Positions 27,743 through 37,528 of a stretch of DNA of 64,000 bases are shown here, piece after piece. A program made the translations under genes and the position numbers. The notes below the pieces were generated by a model that had not been told where the DNA came from, searched no databases, and saw only the letters and a program-made list of their open reading frames with translations. How positions within the stretch are numbered: the first letter of the stretch is position 1; the number at the start of each line of letters is the position of its first letter. The DNA is taken from contig JAPLVR010000003.1 of assembly GCA_026397015.1 (NCBI GenBank), positions 192,001 to 256,000 of the forward strand. The letters run 5' to 3'. Source of the DNA: Candidatus Iainarchaeum sp. GTDB lineage: Archaea > Iainarchaeota > Iainarchaeia > Iainarchaeales > JAAZKV01.

Positions 27743-28789
27743 TTATTCAAAAACACCTTCTATTTTTTCGCCGCAATCCGCACATCTTGCGCTCCTCGAA
27801 AGGCCCCCCGCTTTTTCTAGCCCGCCCATGGCGACGCCGTAAAGGCTTCTCTCAATAATTTTCGCACCGCAATTCGGGCAATAGGTGCTTTCCAAATCCG
27901 AATCAGAAAGATTGCCGCCGTAAACAAATCTCAGCCCTGCATCCTTCCCTATTTTCATCGCCTCTTTTATCTGGTTCGCAGAAGTTTTTGGAATTCCCGC
28001 CATCTTGTGGCACGGATGAAAAGCGGAAACGTGCCACGGAATGCTTTTATCAACGGAAGAGATAAAATCCGCCAACTGCTTCAAATTATCATGCGAAGTG
28101 TTTTTACCCGGAATTAGAAGCGTAGTAATTTCGGTCCACGTTTTGTTTTTATGGAAGGATTTTATTGTTTCGAGAACTCCTTCAAGTTTTGCGCCGCAAA
28201 TTTTTTTATAAAATTCGTCATCGAAACTTTTCAAATCAATATTAATCGCGTCAAGTTTTCGCCGCAATGATTTTATTTGTTCTTCGCTTTCGTATCCGTT
28301 GCTTACAAAAACGGTTCCGAAATTTTTTTTTCTTGCAAGGGCGATTGCGTCAAGGCAATATTCGATTGAAATGGCGGATTCGTTGTATGTGAATGCGACG
28401 CTTTTTGCGCCGCTTTCTTCCGTAAGGGAAATGAATTTTTCCGGGCTCACTTCCTGCATTCCCGGCAAAAGTTTTTCAACCTGTTCGCCTTTCACGGCGG
28501 AAATATCATAATTTTGGCAGAAGGCGCAGGAAAAGTTGCAGCCGAAGAAGCCGATGCTCATTATTTCAGTTCCGGGCTTGTAGTGGAACAGCGGCTTTTT
28601 TTCCATCGGATCAAGATGGATGCTGCAAGGTTTTGCATAAGTAATGAGAAAAAGCTTGCCGCCAATATTTTTGCGCACGCCGCAGATACCGAAGCGGCTT
28701 TCGGCTATTGTGCAGCCGTGCCTGCACGCGCTGCATTTCACCGCGTTCTCCGGCTTTTCAAGCCGCTTATAAAATGTGCATTCCTTCAT
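27743..28789 (-). CDS. amrS: AmmeMemoRadiSam radical SAM enzyme
   Basis: DPMEKKPLFH, GCNFSCAFCQN, NIDLKSF, C-terminal CP.CG. Confidence 0.93.
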   Translation of the reverse strand: MKECTFYKRLEKPENAVKCSACRHGCTIAESRFGICGVRKNIGGKLFLITYAKPCSIHLDPMEKKPLFHYKPGTEIMSIGFFGCNFSCAFCQNYDISAVKGEQVEKLLPGMQEVSPEKFISLTEESGAKSVAFTYNESAISIEYCLDAIALARKKNFGTVFVSNGYESEEQIKSLRRKLDAINIDLKSFDDEFYKKICGAKLEGVLETIKSFHKNKTWTEITTLLIPGKNTSHDNLKQLADFISSVDKSIPWHVSAFHPCHKMAGIPKTSANQIKEAMKIGKDAGLRFVYGGNLSDSDLESTYCPNCGAKIIERSLYGVAMGGLEKAGGLSRSARCADCGEKIEGVFE

Positions 28790-28899
28790 TTTCTACCCGC
28801 GAGAAAATTATCCTGGGAAGTTGTTAAAAAACCGCGGGCAGAGAATGTTTTAATAGGTTTCGCAGACAAAATACTTCAATAAAAAAACAGGCGCCGAAC

Positions 28900-29949
28900 A
28901 TGGATTTGTACTCCCAAATTTATTTTGGAAATTCCATAATGCAATTTCTGCAGTTTTTCGGAATAATAGTTGCATCCATACTGGCGGGAAAGGCGATAAG
29001 CTTTATTTTTGCAAACGCCCTGACAAAGATTGCAAAAAAGTCCAATAACACTTTTGACGATTTCTTGATTGCGGCGCTGAAAAAGCCGATAACCGTTTTC
29101 GCAATACTTGCAGGAATGTATTTCGCATTTGGATCCCTCACTCTGGAGGAAAGCGCGCGGCATCTGGCCAACAGGGGCTTTGAAATAGCAGTCATAATTT
29201 ATTCGGCGTGGCTGGCTACAAAAGCAACAGATTCGTTCATTCAAAAGGTGCTTAAGCCGCTGGCAAAAAAAACCGATTCAAAACTTGATAACCAATTGCT
29301 GCCAATTTTTTCGAAATCGGTCAAAGTGGTTGTCTGGATTATGGCGGGAATAATAATCATAAGGAGTTTCGGCTATGACATAACGGCGATTCTTGCAGGG
29401 CTTGGAATCGGCGGCCTGGCATTTGCCTTCGCTGCGCAGAGAACAATTGCGGACATTTTCGGCGGAATAAGCATTCTTTTTTCAAAACCTTTTGTGATAG
29501 GCGACACCATTGAGACGGGCAGAGTGATGGGAAAAGTCGAAGAAATTGATTTGAGGAACACAAAAATAAGGGATTCGGACGGAAGGATAGTTACGGTGCC
29601 CAATTCGACGATTTCCTCCGAAGAGATAAAAAATATAACTTCGGAGCCTACAAGGAAAATCACGGCAAACCTCGGGCTGACTTATGGCACTTCGACGGAA
29701 AAAATAAAGCAGGCGATGAAGATAATCACAAAAGTAGTAAATTCAAATGAAAACTGCAAGCCGGAGCCGCAAATTTATTTCAGCGAATTCAGGGATTTTT
29801 CCGTTAACCTCCTGGTGATGTACTATGTCACCGACAAGGAAAACTGGCAGCAGATTAGGCACGACGTTAATATGAAAATTAAGTCTGAATTCGACAAGGC
29901 AAAAATCGATTTTGCTTTCCCGACGCAGACGGTTCATGTGCAAAAATAA
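28900..29949 (+). CDS. mscS: Small-conductance mechanosensitive channel
   Basis: AGLGIGGLAFAFAAQ, KPFVIGD, VPNS, FAFPTQTV. Confidence 0.93.
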   Translation: MDLYSQIYFGNSIMQFLQFFGIIVASILAGKAISFIFANALTKIAKKSNNTFDDFLIAALKKPITVFAILAGMYFAFGSLTLEESARHLANRGFEIAVIIYSAWLATKATDSFIQKVLKPLAKKTDSKLDNQLLPIFSKSVKVVVWIMAGIIIIRSFGYDITAILAGLGIGGLAFAFAAQRTIADIFGGISILFSKPFVIGDTIETGRVMGKVEEIDLRNTKIRDSDGRIVTVPNSTISSEEIKNITSEPTRKITANLGLTYGTSTEKIKQAMKIITKVVNSNENCKPEPQIYFSEFRDFSVNLLVMYYVTDKENWQQIRHDVNMKIKSEFDKAKIDFAFPTQTVHVQK

Positions 29950-30111
29950 AAATCCCAAAAAGTTAATTTTTTTGCCCAAAAACAAAGAAGTGCTACATAA
30001 CCGCACCGGCTTTTGAACAATCACTTTACTTTCGGTCTTTTACCGTGTGAAAAAAAATTACAAAGTAAACAAAAAAGCAAGCTTAAATACACAAAAGACA
30101 TTATTTTGTGG

Positions 30112-33021
30112 ATGAAAAAAGCCGTCTTAATCGCGGGCATTCTTTTGTCGCTAATCATACTTTCTGGGGCAGCGCTCGCGGAGGATTGTGTTTGTACCGA
30201 TGTATACGAGCCCGTATGCGGAGTCGACAAAAAAACATATGGAAATGAGTGCAACGCAAACTGCGCCGGAATTGAAATTGCTTATAAGACAGGATGCTCT
30301 CACACCTGCGAAGATATCTCCTGCACACTTACCTGCCCATATGGAGTTAAAGCTGATGAATACGGCTGCAAGCTCTGCGAATGCAACGAAATTAGCTGCG
30401 CCGGAGAAGGAATGGGAATCGCGGTAATACCAAATCCGCCGAGCTGCTGTGAGGGACTCAATCAAATACCCCCGAAAAGCGGGGACCTCTTAGGCATTTC
30501 CGGAATATGCACTGCAAAATGCGGCAACGGAAACTGCGACACAGGAACAGAAACTAATTATAATTGCCCCGAAGACTGCCAGCCAGTGCCATGCAAAAAC
30601 GATGGAGAAGACATTCCGGTTATTGAGAATCCTCCTGTATGCTGTGAAGGATTAAGGGCTGAACCAATATATGACAGGAAAGGAGTTAGTGCGATATGCA
30701 AAAAGCCGACCCCTTGCATCGGCACCATCGACGAACAAGGGTGCAAAGTAGTGAAATGCGATGATGGCAGGTATGAAAGAAATTGTCCAACCACCCCGAC
30801 ACCGGTAACATGCGAAAAGCAGGAAGATCCTGCAACTAAATGTGTAATAAAAAAATGCAGCGATGGATACATTGATAGATGGTGCCCGACACAGCCCACT
30901 GAATGCAAAACTTATATTGATGAAAAGGGCTGCAAAGTAACTTCCTGCGCAGATGGGACCAGACGAGATTGTCCGACGCCCGCACAAGAGGAATGCACGA
31001 AATATGTTAGGGAAGACGGCTGCGTAGTGAAGAAGTGCAAAGAGGGTGCCGTAATGATTGATTGCCCGACTAGTACAGTACTTCCTGCAAGTGCGGTACC
31101 CACAAGCTGCATCGAAGTGAGAGATGAAAGCGGAAATGTTGTAAGCAGGCAATGCCAAGCGGTTGCAGTAAATGAAGTGCCAATTTTCACAACCGCCTGC
31201 CCAACAGATGAAGACAATAAGAGAAAAATAGAAGCGTGCAGGCTCTCAAACGGAAATCCATTTACCGAAGCATCCTCAAATGGGTGCAAAGTAATCAATT
31301 GCCGGATGGCAACATCAAGTACCACCAGTGGCGACGCAACGCCGGCCGTTGCAACAACCTGTCCGGGGCAGCCAATTGAGGAAATTAGAAAAATAAAGGA
31401 TGACTGCAAGCAAAATGCCGGCGAAATAATTGTGAAGTTTGATGGTGGCGGATGCGAGAAATATTACTGCATAAAAAACTGGGAGCAGGACTGCAGAAAG
31501 GAAAAGGACATTCCTGCTGAAAAGAAGGATTCCTGCGAAAAGCAGGGCGGGCAATTTATATTAAAAACAAACGAAAAGGGCTGCATTACATTCATTGACT
31601 GCATCACGACCGGACAGAGTAGCTATGCTTCATCGGAAATAAAAAAGACGCCCGATGTTGCAGAGCTCACTGATTTGGCTTTTAAACTGGAAAGCCTGAA
31701 AATAGAATTTGAGGGCCTTGGAAAGAAAGCAGACGGAATTGCAGCATATTACGAAGAAAACGGAAATGAGGCGGATGCGAACAGGTTCAAGAGGGTTGCA
31801 GGCATGCTCTACTCCGCAAAGGACAAAATCGATGAAATCAAGAATATGATACGGGAAAACCTTGATAACTTCGATGAAAGCATGGCAAGGGAAGTAAAAG
31901 ATTCCATAAGGTACATAAAGGAAATACTGCTGAAAGACATTCTTTACATTATGCTCGGTGGGGAGGGAAAAGCCGGGGAAACCTGCAAAAACATTTCCTG
32001 CTTTGAGAGGGCATTAAGGGCTTGCCTCCCGACAACGATAACAGTAAGCGAAGGCGGAAAAGAAATGGAAATAAATATTCTCGGGGTGGAGGACAACCTT
32101 TGCAAATTAGAGGCAAAGACGGGCGATGAAAGCGGAACATACGAAATGATCTGCAAAATCCCCGACTTTTCTATGATAGGCTTGGGGCAATTCAAGCCGG
32201 AAAAATACTGCGAGGGAACGCTGCTTGATTATATGGCAGGAAGTATAAGCCCAAAAACGTCAACAAGCAACCAGATACAAGCCCCATTAGAAGGACCAGA
32301 GCTGATAATAGAGTCTGTGAAATGCGTATTTAATAATAACGCCAGTGGAACGCAGAAATGCTACGACAGCACAGGGGCATACGGGTGCGCAAATGAGCCT
32401 AAAAGAGACAAAAGAGACTACTCAACAATGTGCACGCCCAAAACGGAACAGATTAAAGTCGGGGAAAGGATCGCAGTGAACGGCGGCGGGGCATATGAAG
32501 GCAAAACACTGACAATAAACTTAACGGATACAACCGCCACAAACACCGACGAAACGACTATAAAAAGCGCATGGGCATTAAAAAACGGCGATGAAATGCT
32601 GAAAACCGCCGAAACCATAAGGGGCAACACAAGCTCACAGGACGATCTCAGCTTGATATTCCGCGAATACATTGCCACAGGCACCTATATCCGCATCACG
32701 GGCATAGTGCCAACAGGGGATAAATATGCCGTAACGCTGGTAACCACCTGCGAAACGTCCGATTACACTTCGTGCACTGCTGAAGTAAAGGGGGCCAAAG
32801 GCACAAAGCTTACTTGGAAAAGCACATGCGGAGGATATGCATACACAACAGTGGACGGGGAAAACGAATATGCAGAATTCAAATGCGGATTCTGCGACAG
32901 CTTAGACGAAGCGGGCTGTGAAAAAACAGAAGGATGCACCACCGTCCGTATTTCTGCACCACCAACAGGAGCAACAAGCGATACTGGTAAATTTGTTAGA
33001 TGCGAGGCGATAGTTCAATGA
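30112..33021 (+). CDS. Secreted Cys-rich modular protein (Kazal, antistasin-like, short Cys repeats, coiled coil, TWKSTCGGYAYT module)
   Basis: Signal peptide from ATG 30112; CTDVYEPVCG..KTYGNEC; C...CPYG...DEYGC..CEC. Confidence 0.82.
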   Translation: MKKAVLIAGILLSLIILSGAALAEDCVCTDVYEPVCGVDKKTYGNECNANCAGIEIAYKTGCSHTCEDISCTLTCPYGVKADEYGCKLCECNEISCAGEGMGIAVIPNPPSCCEGLNQIPPKSGDLLGISGICTAKCGNGNCDTGTETNYNCPEDCQPVPCKNDGEDIPVIENPPVCCEGLRAEPIYDRKGVSAICKKPTPCIGTIDEQGCKVVKCDDGRYERNCPTTPTPVTCEKQEDPATKCVIKKCSDGYIDRWCPTQPTECKTYIDEKGCKVTSCADGTRRDCPTPAQEECTKYVREDGCVVKKCKEGAVMIDCPTSTVLPASAVPTSCIEVRDESGNVVSRQCQAVAVNEVPIFTTACPTDEDNKRKIEACRLSNGNPFTEASSNGCKVINCRMATSSTTSGDATPAVATTCPGQPIEEIRKIKDDCKQNAGEIIVKFDGGGCEKYYCIKNWEQDCRKEKDIPAEKKDSCEKQGGQFILKTNEKGCITFIDCITTGQSSYASSEIKKTPDVAELTDLAFKLESLKIEFEGLGKKADGIAAYYEENGNEADANRFKRVAGMLYSAKDKIDEIKNMIRENLDNFDESMAREVKDSIRYIKEILLKDILYIMLGGEGKAGETCKNISCFERALRACLPTTITVSEGGKEMEINILGVEDNLCKLEAKTGDESGTYEMICKIPDFSMIGLGQFKPEKYCEGTLLDYMAGSISPKTSTSNQIQAPLEGPELIIESVKCVFNNNASGTQKCYDSTGAYGCANEPKRDKRDYSTMCTPKTEQIKVGERIAVNGGGAYEGKTLTINLTDTTATNTDETTIKSAWALKNGDEMLKTAETIRGNTSSQDDLSLIFREYIATGTYIRITGIVPTGDKYAVTLVTTCETSDYTSCTAEVKGAKGTKLTWKSTCGGYAYTTVDGENEYAEFKCGFCDSLDEAGCEKTEGCTTVRISAPPTGATSDTGKFVRCEAIVQ

Positions 33022-33215
33022 AAAAAATAATCGCAATAATGTTTGTCGGATTGCTTTTGGTAAGCATGATTTTCATTAACGGATGTACGGCTCCGGCTGA
33101 AGACGACAAGCCAAAAAATGATAATGAAGCAAGCAATGCCCTTTCAGACATGGGGAGCGATATCAAAGGAATAGGCGGCACGCTTGATGAAATCGACCAA
33201 AACTTCGGCCAATGA
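33018..33215 (+). CDS. Small lipoprotein
   Basis: ATGA overlap with upstream stop; signal peptide ending INGC. Confidence 0.75.
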   Translation: MKKIIAIMFVGLLLVSMIFINGCTAPAEDDKPKNDNEASNALSDMGSDIKGIGGTLDEIDQNFGQ

Positions 33216-33291
33216 CCAACAATAAACCAAAAATGCACTCTCAAACTTCTTTTCTTATTATTTTATTAATCTCTTTGCGCAGGATTAATTC

Positions 33292-34170
33292 ATGCGAAAA
33301 ACTTTTTTCCCGCCGCAATTCATCGAAAAATACAAAAAATTCTGCGGAAGCGAGTGGGGCGGCTTCTTCGAGTGCATTCAAAGAAAACAGCCGAAAGCAT
33401 TTTGGGTTAACACGGACAGGGCAACCGTCGAAGAGGTGAAAAAATCCCTCACCGCACAAAAAATAAAATTCGGACAGCTGCCCTTTCACGAGCAGGCATT
33501 TGCAATCGAGCTTCAAAGGCCCGGGAATTTGAGGGAATTCAAGGAAGGAAAAATTTCAATACAGGAAAAAGCGGCGATGCTGCCCGTGCTGGCGCTTGCG
33601 CCTACAAAAAAAGATTATGTTTTGGATGCATGCGCTGCACCGGGAGTGAAAACGATTCAATTGAGCAATTTTGCTGGAAAAGTGCTTGCGGTTGATGTGA
33701 ACAGCACGAGGATAAAGAGCCTGCTTTACAACAAAAAAGTTTTCGGGCTGAAAAATGTTGAGGTGGCGCGTAGCGACGCCAGAAATGTGAAGGAAACATT
33801 CGACAAAATACTGCTGGATGCGCCGTGCTCAAGCGAGGGGCTTGTAAGGAAAAGAATGGATGCGCTGGAGGGATGGTCGCAGAAGCTCGTACAAAGGAAA
33901 GCAAAGGTGCAAAAAGGGCTTATTTTGGGGGCGTTTGATTTATTGAAACCGAAGGGCGAAATGGTTTATGCAACATGCTCTTTCGCGCCGGAAGAGAATG
34001 AGGAAGTCGTGAAACTGCTGCTGGACAAGAGGAAAAATGCGGAGGTTCTGCCTGTTGAATTTAAAGGAGTTAAAATAAGGGAGAATAATTTGTGCAAAAA
34101 TTGCATTCGGCTTTGGCCGCAGGACAATGATACGCAGCAGTTCTTCTTCGCAAAAATTAGGAAAAATTAA
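33292..34170 (+). CDS. RsmB/NOP2-family RNA m5C methyltransferase
   Basis: DACAAPGVKT, DAPCSSEG, YATCS..PEENE. Confidence 0.93.
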   Translation: MRKTFFPPQFIEKYKKFCGSEWGGFFECIQRKQPKAFWVNTDRATVEEVKKSLTAQKIKFGQLPFHEQAFAIELQRPGNLREFKEGKISIQEKAAMLPVLALAPTKKDYVLDACAAPGVKTIQLSNFAGKVLAVDVNSTRIKSLLYNKKVFGLKNVEVARSDARNVKETFDKILLDAPCSSEGLVRKRMDALEGWSQKLVQRKAKVQKGLILGAFDLLKPKGEMVYATCSFAPEENEEVVKLLLDKRKNAEVLPVEFKGVKIRENNLCKNCIRLWPQDNDTQQFFFAKIRKN

Positions 34171-35277
34171 TTAGGGGATTATTTCGGCACAATTATATTT
34201 TAGGAATTCGAGCTGCTTCTTTTTTATTTTTCCGGAGGCGAGCAGCTTTTTTATTTCCGGAGAGATTCTTTCCATTTCACGGAGCAGATGTTTTACCGTT
34301 GCGCAAAGCTCATTTCTCCCTCTTTCCAGCCAGGGCTTTGTGATGTTTGAGTAAAGGCAGCGGCCGCCGCAGAGCCCGAAATCGGCACAGGAAACGCAGG
34401 GCTCTTTCACGGTTAATTTGAAAGGCAAATCGGTTGGATTCGAAGTCCGGATATCGCCGAGGTAGTAATCATTCATGCCGGACATTATGGGGCAGGCAGA
34501 AATCTTTCCGTTCGGGAGGATTGTGAAATTCCCTATTCCTGAGCCGCATCTCAAATAATACTTTTTTCCAAAAATAAGTGAATTAATTATTCCCATAAAC
34601 GGGTAAAGGCGCAGGACTTTTCCTTTCTTCAACTCTTTCAGCCAAAAATTCGCAAGCTTTGTTATTTGCTTGTTGTAATTCTTCGACCATTCCGGAAAGT
34701 TCCTTTTTTTATAGTCGTGCCACATGTTCGCATCAAGCTGCCAGTGGATTGAAACGAAAGGAAATTCCTTGTTTTTGAGCAGATGCATTAAGTCCTTGTA
34801 AAAATCGGTCGGCTCTTCGACGCACATCCGAGCGATTATTTCGCCTTTGAAGCCGTTCTTCTTCAGCAACTTTAAATTTGAAATTATTTTTTCATATGTT
34901 CCTTCGCCCCTGTTTCTGTCGGTCGTTTCCTTTGTGCCGTCAATGGAAACAAGTACTGTGTGAAATTTGTTTGAATACTTTGTGGGAAGCTTGTCGAAAA
35001 GAATTCCGTTGGTTTGAATCAGAAAATTTCTTGCTTTTGTAGAATCCATTATTTGCTTTATCGAATCGATTTCAAGCAGCGGCTCGCCGCCGTAAAAAAT
35101 TATTGAAACTCCTTCCTTGTCCTTTGAAAGAAAATTGTTGAGCTCTTGCATTGAGTATTGGATTTTTTGGGGAACTTGCTCGAATTTCAAATCGATTTCG
35201 GGTTCGTCAAAGGCTTTTTCGCAGCAGTATTTGCAGCACAAATTACATTCCGGAGTCGTTATTATGTGATAAATCAT
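34171..35277 (-). CDS. Radical SAM/SPASM protein (AF0577/TIGR04084-like)
   Basis: CNLCCKYC, YGGEPL, QTNG, SIDG, SPASM C..C.....CGGRC, C-terminal EIIP; start after GGTGGT RBS. Confidence 0.85.
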   Translation of the reverse strand: MIYHIITTPECNLCCKYCCEKAFDEPEIDLKFEQVPQKIQYSMQELNNFLSKDKEGVSIIFYGGEPLLEIDSIKQIMDSTKARNFLIQTNGILFDKLPTKYSNKFHTVLVSIDGTKETTDRNRGEGTYEKIISNLKLLKKNGFKGEIIARMCVEEPTDFYKDLMHLLKNKEFPFVSIHWQLDANMWHDYKKRNFPEWSKNYNKQITKLANFWLKELKKGKVLRLYPFMGIINSLIFGKKYYLRCGSGIGNFTILPNGKISACPIMSGMNDYYLGDIRTSNPTDLPFKLTVKEPCVSCADFGLCGGRCLYSNITKPWLERGRNELCATVKHLLREMERISPEIKKLLASGKIKKKQLEFLKYNCAEIIP

Positions 35278-35323
35278 AAAAAAAACCACCATTTCAATCA
35301 AATGAAAAATCTGAAATTAAAAG

Positions 35324-36196
35324 CTAAAATGCCGTTTCAAAGCTTAATCCTTTGGTATATCTATTCAAGCCAACCATTTTTTCTGGAATTTTTTCCCTGT
35401 CGGCGAATTTCTTGTAATCTAAAACTTTTTTCTTCCGAAGGAAGAGCGGAAGCTTTGAGGCGACGCCGTTGCCGCCGATGCAGCCGCCTTTGCAGAACAA
35501 AATGTCATAAAAAATTTTGTCGGAATGCGTTTCAAATAGTTTTAGCAAATCTGCGCAACCATCGCGGGAAACAGTCTCCCCCTCTTTCAAAATATCTTTT
35601 GAATGCAGTGTTTTACCGAGTCCCCCGGAGAGCGGGTAAATTTTAGTGTAATCGTTGTAGAAGCGGTCGAACAGATGCGAGCGACCGGACTTTTTTGGCT
35701 TTTCTTTTTCAATAATTCCTTTCATTTCCCTAAAAGTAAGCGCTGCTGAAATCAACCTGCCATTTTTTGCTTCAATTTTTTTCGCGGAGCAGGGGGCAAG
35801 AAAAACGATTTTGTGCTTCGGATATTCCTTATGAAGTATCTTTGCCATTGAAATCACTGGAGAATCAAAAGGCAAAAGGAATTTTTTTAATTCAGGGTGA
35901 CGGTTTTTCACCATTTCAACGGAAGTAGGGCAGACAGAGGAAATGAATTTCTCGTAGCCTTTCTTTCCTTTATTTTCTTTTATGTATTTGTGATAGTGTT
36001 CATTTACTATTTTTGCGCCGAAAGTGAGCTCGGTTATCCTGTCGAAGCCGAGCCCTTTCATCAAGGGAACAAAAGAAAGATAATCGAAGTCGACAACAAA
36101 AGAGGGCGCCGCCATCAAGCAAACTTTTTGCTTTTCATTCAAAAGCGACAGAACTTTTTTCTGGTCAGTGGAATAACTAAAATTTAGATCGACCAT
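35324..36196 (-). CDS. Minimal [FeFe]-hydrogenase-like H-domain protein (290 aa)
   Basis: APS, SSVCP (L1), APCSAKKIE (L2), FCKGGCIGG (L3); no accessory ferredoxin domain. Confidence 0.8.
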   Translation of the reverse strand: MVDLNFSYSTDQKKVLSLLNEKQKVCLMAAPSFVVDFDYLSFVPLMKGLGFDRITELTFGAKIVNEHYHKYIKENKGKKGYEKFISSVCPTSVEMVKNRHPELKKFLLPFDSPVISMAKILHKEYPKHKIVFLAPCSAKKIEAKNGRLISAALTFREMKGIIEKEKPKKSGRSHLFDRFYNDYTKIYPLSGGLGKTLHSKDILKEGETVSRDGCADLLKLFETHSDKIFYDILFCKGGCIGGNGVASKLPLFLRKKKVLDYKKFADREKIPEKMVGLNRYTKGLSFETAF

Positions 36197-36222
36197 CCTA
36201 AATGAGATGGAAAAGAAAGTAT

Positions 36223-37449
36223 TTATTTGTTGGGTTTGCGCTTCAGAACGAAAACCTTGTCATTCGGCCTGCATCTGCCGGAAACTTTTATTCCAACGAA
36301 TTCGCCTTGCCTAGCTTTTTTTATTTTCTTATGGTTGATTTCCATTGAGTCGAGTTTTTGCTCGATAAAAGTAGTTACGCCTTCAATAATTAATTTTTCA
36401 CCGGCAGAGAGCGGAGCAAAGAGTTTTACTTCTGCCACGCCCGGCTTAACAAAATAATGGGTTATGATGCCTACGTTAAATCTCTTCTGTGTTTGGACTG
36501 AACCCTGTCCTTTAGCTAAATCTTTTTCATCAGGAACGGAAAAAAAGAAACCATTTGAGAAGCCGCGGTTGTAAACTTTTTCAAGTTCTGAGTTCCAACG
36601 GGCAATTTTTTCTTTTGAAAAAGTGCCTTCAAAAACGGAGTCGATTGCCTGACGGTAACAGCGCGTTGCAACTGCAATGTAATCGGAAGGCTTTGTCCGC
36701 CCTTCAATTTTAAGCGAATCAACCCCCACCCAGATTATTTTGTCCAAAAAATCTATTGTTTTCAGGTCTTTGGCGGAAAGGATGGTGCTTCCGTCCAAAA
36801 AAATCTCCTTCTTTTCGAAATTCGGGAAGTCGCCGTCCAAAAAGTAGGCGCGGCGGCAGGGCTGGAGGCATTGTCCGCGGTTCGCGCTTCTTCCAAACAG
36901 TTCATGGCTAAGGAAGCAGCGGCCGGAAACGGAAATGCACATGGCGCCATGAATGAAACACTCAACTTCAATCCCAAGCTTTTTTGCAATTTTCTTTATT
37001 TTTGAAATCTGTTTCAGGCTGAGTTCGCGGGCGAGAATTATTCTTTTTATTCCTAGGGATGAGTATTGCTTCAATGCTTCCGAGTTGGAAACGCTGGCCT
37101 GCGTGCTGAGGAACGGTTTTAGTTTGAATTTTTTTGCGAGCGAAAGGACGGAAAAATCCCACAAAATTACGCCGTCAACTTTTGCCCTTTTTGCTTCCTT
37201 TAATATTTTTTCCACTTGCTTTATTTCCCCGTCAAAAATTATTGTATTCAGCGCAAGGTAGCCTTTCATGTCGCTCGCGTGAAGGGAAGCCATTAATTTC
37301 TTCATGTCGCTGGCGGAGAAGTTGGTGCCGAGGTCGCGCATATTGAAGCCGCGGACGCCGAAGTAAACCGCATCGGCGCCGTTCGTGGCTGCGGCTATCG
37401 CCGAGGCAAAGTCGCCGACGCCCACGCACAATTCGGGCTTTTTCGACAT
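36223..37449 (-). CDS. Peptidase U32 family Fe-S protein (TrhP-like RNA hydroxylation)
   Basis: GADAVYFG, LARELSL, HGAMCISVSGRC, NRGQCLQPCR, KIEGR; start may be 37485. Confidence 0.9.
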   Translation of the reverse strand: MSKKPELCVGVGDFASAIAAATNGADAVYFGVRGFNMRDLGTNFSASDMKKLMASLHASDMKGYLALNTIIFDGEIKQVEKILKEAKRAKVDGVILWDFSVLSLAKKFKLKPFLSTQASVSNSEALKQYSSLGIKRIILARELSLKQISKIKKIAKKLGIEVECFIHGAMCISVSGRCFLSHELFGRSANRGQCLQPCRRAYFLDGDFPNFEKKEIFLDGSTILSAKDLKTIDFLDKIIWVGVDSLKIEGRTKPSDYIAVATRCYRQAIDSVFEGTFSKEKIARWNSELEKVYNRGFSNGFFFSVPDEKDLAKGQGSVQTQKRFNVGIITHYFVKPGVAEVKLFAPLSAGEKLIIEGVTTFIEQKLDSMEINHKKIKKARQGEFVGIKVSGRCRPNDKVFVLKRKPNK

Positions 37450-37528
37450 TGGAATCTTTTTTGCAGTTGAGTGATTACGGCGCATGATAGCATAAATTAA
37501 ATAAAGAAACGCTTATAATTTTCTGCAT

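Noticed and set aside
26305-28789. AMMECR1-MEMO1-radical SAM trio as a new system
   Set aside because: Already described as the widespread AmmeMemoRadiSam cluster.
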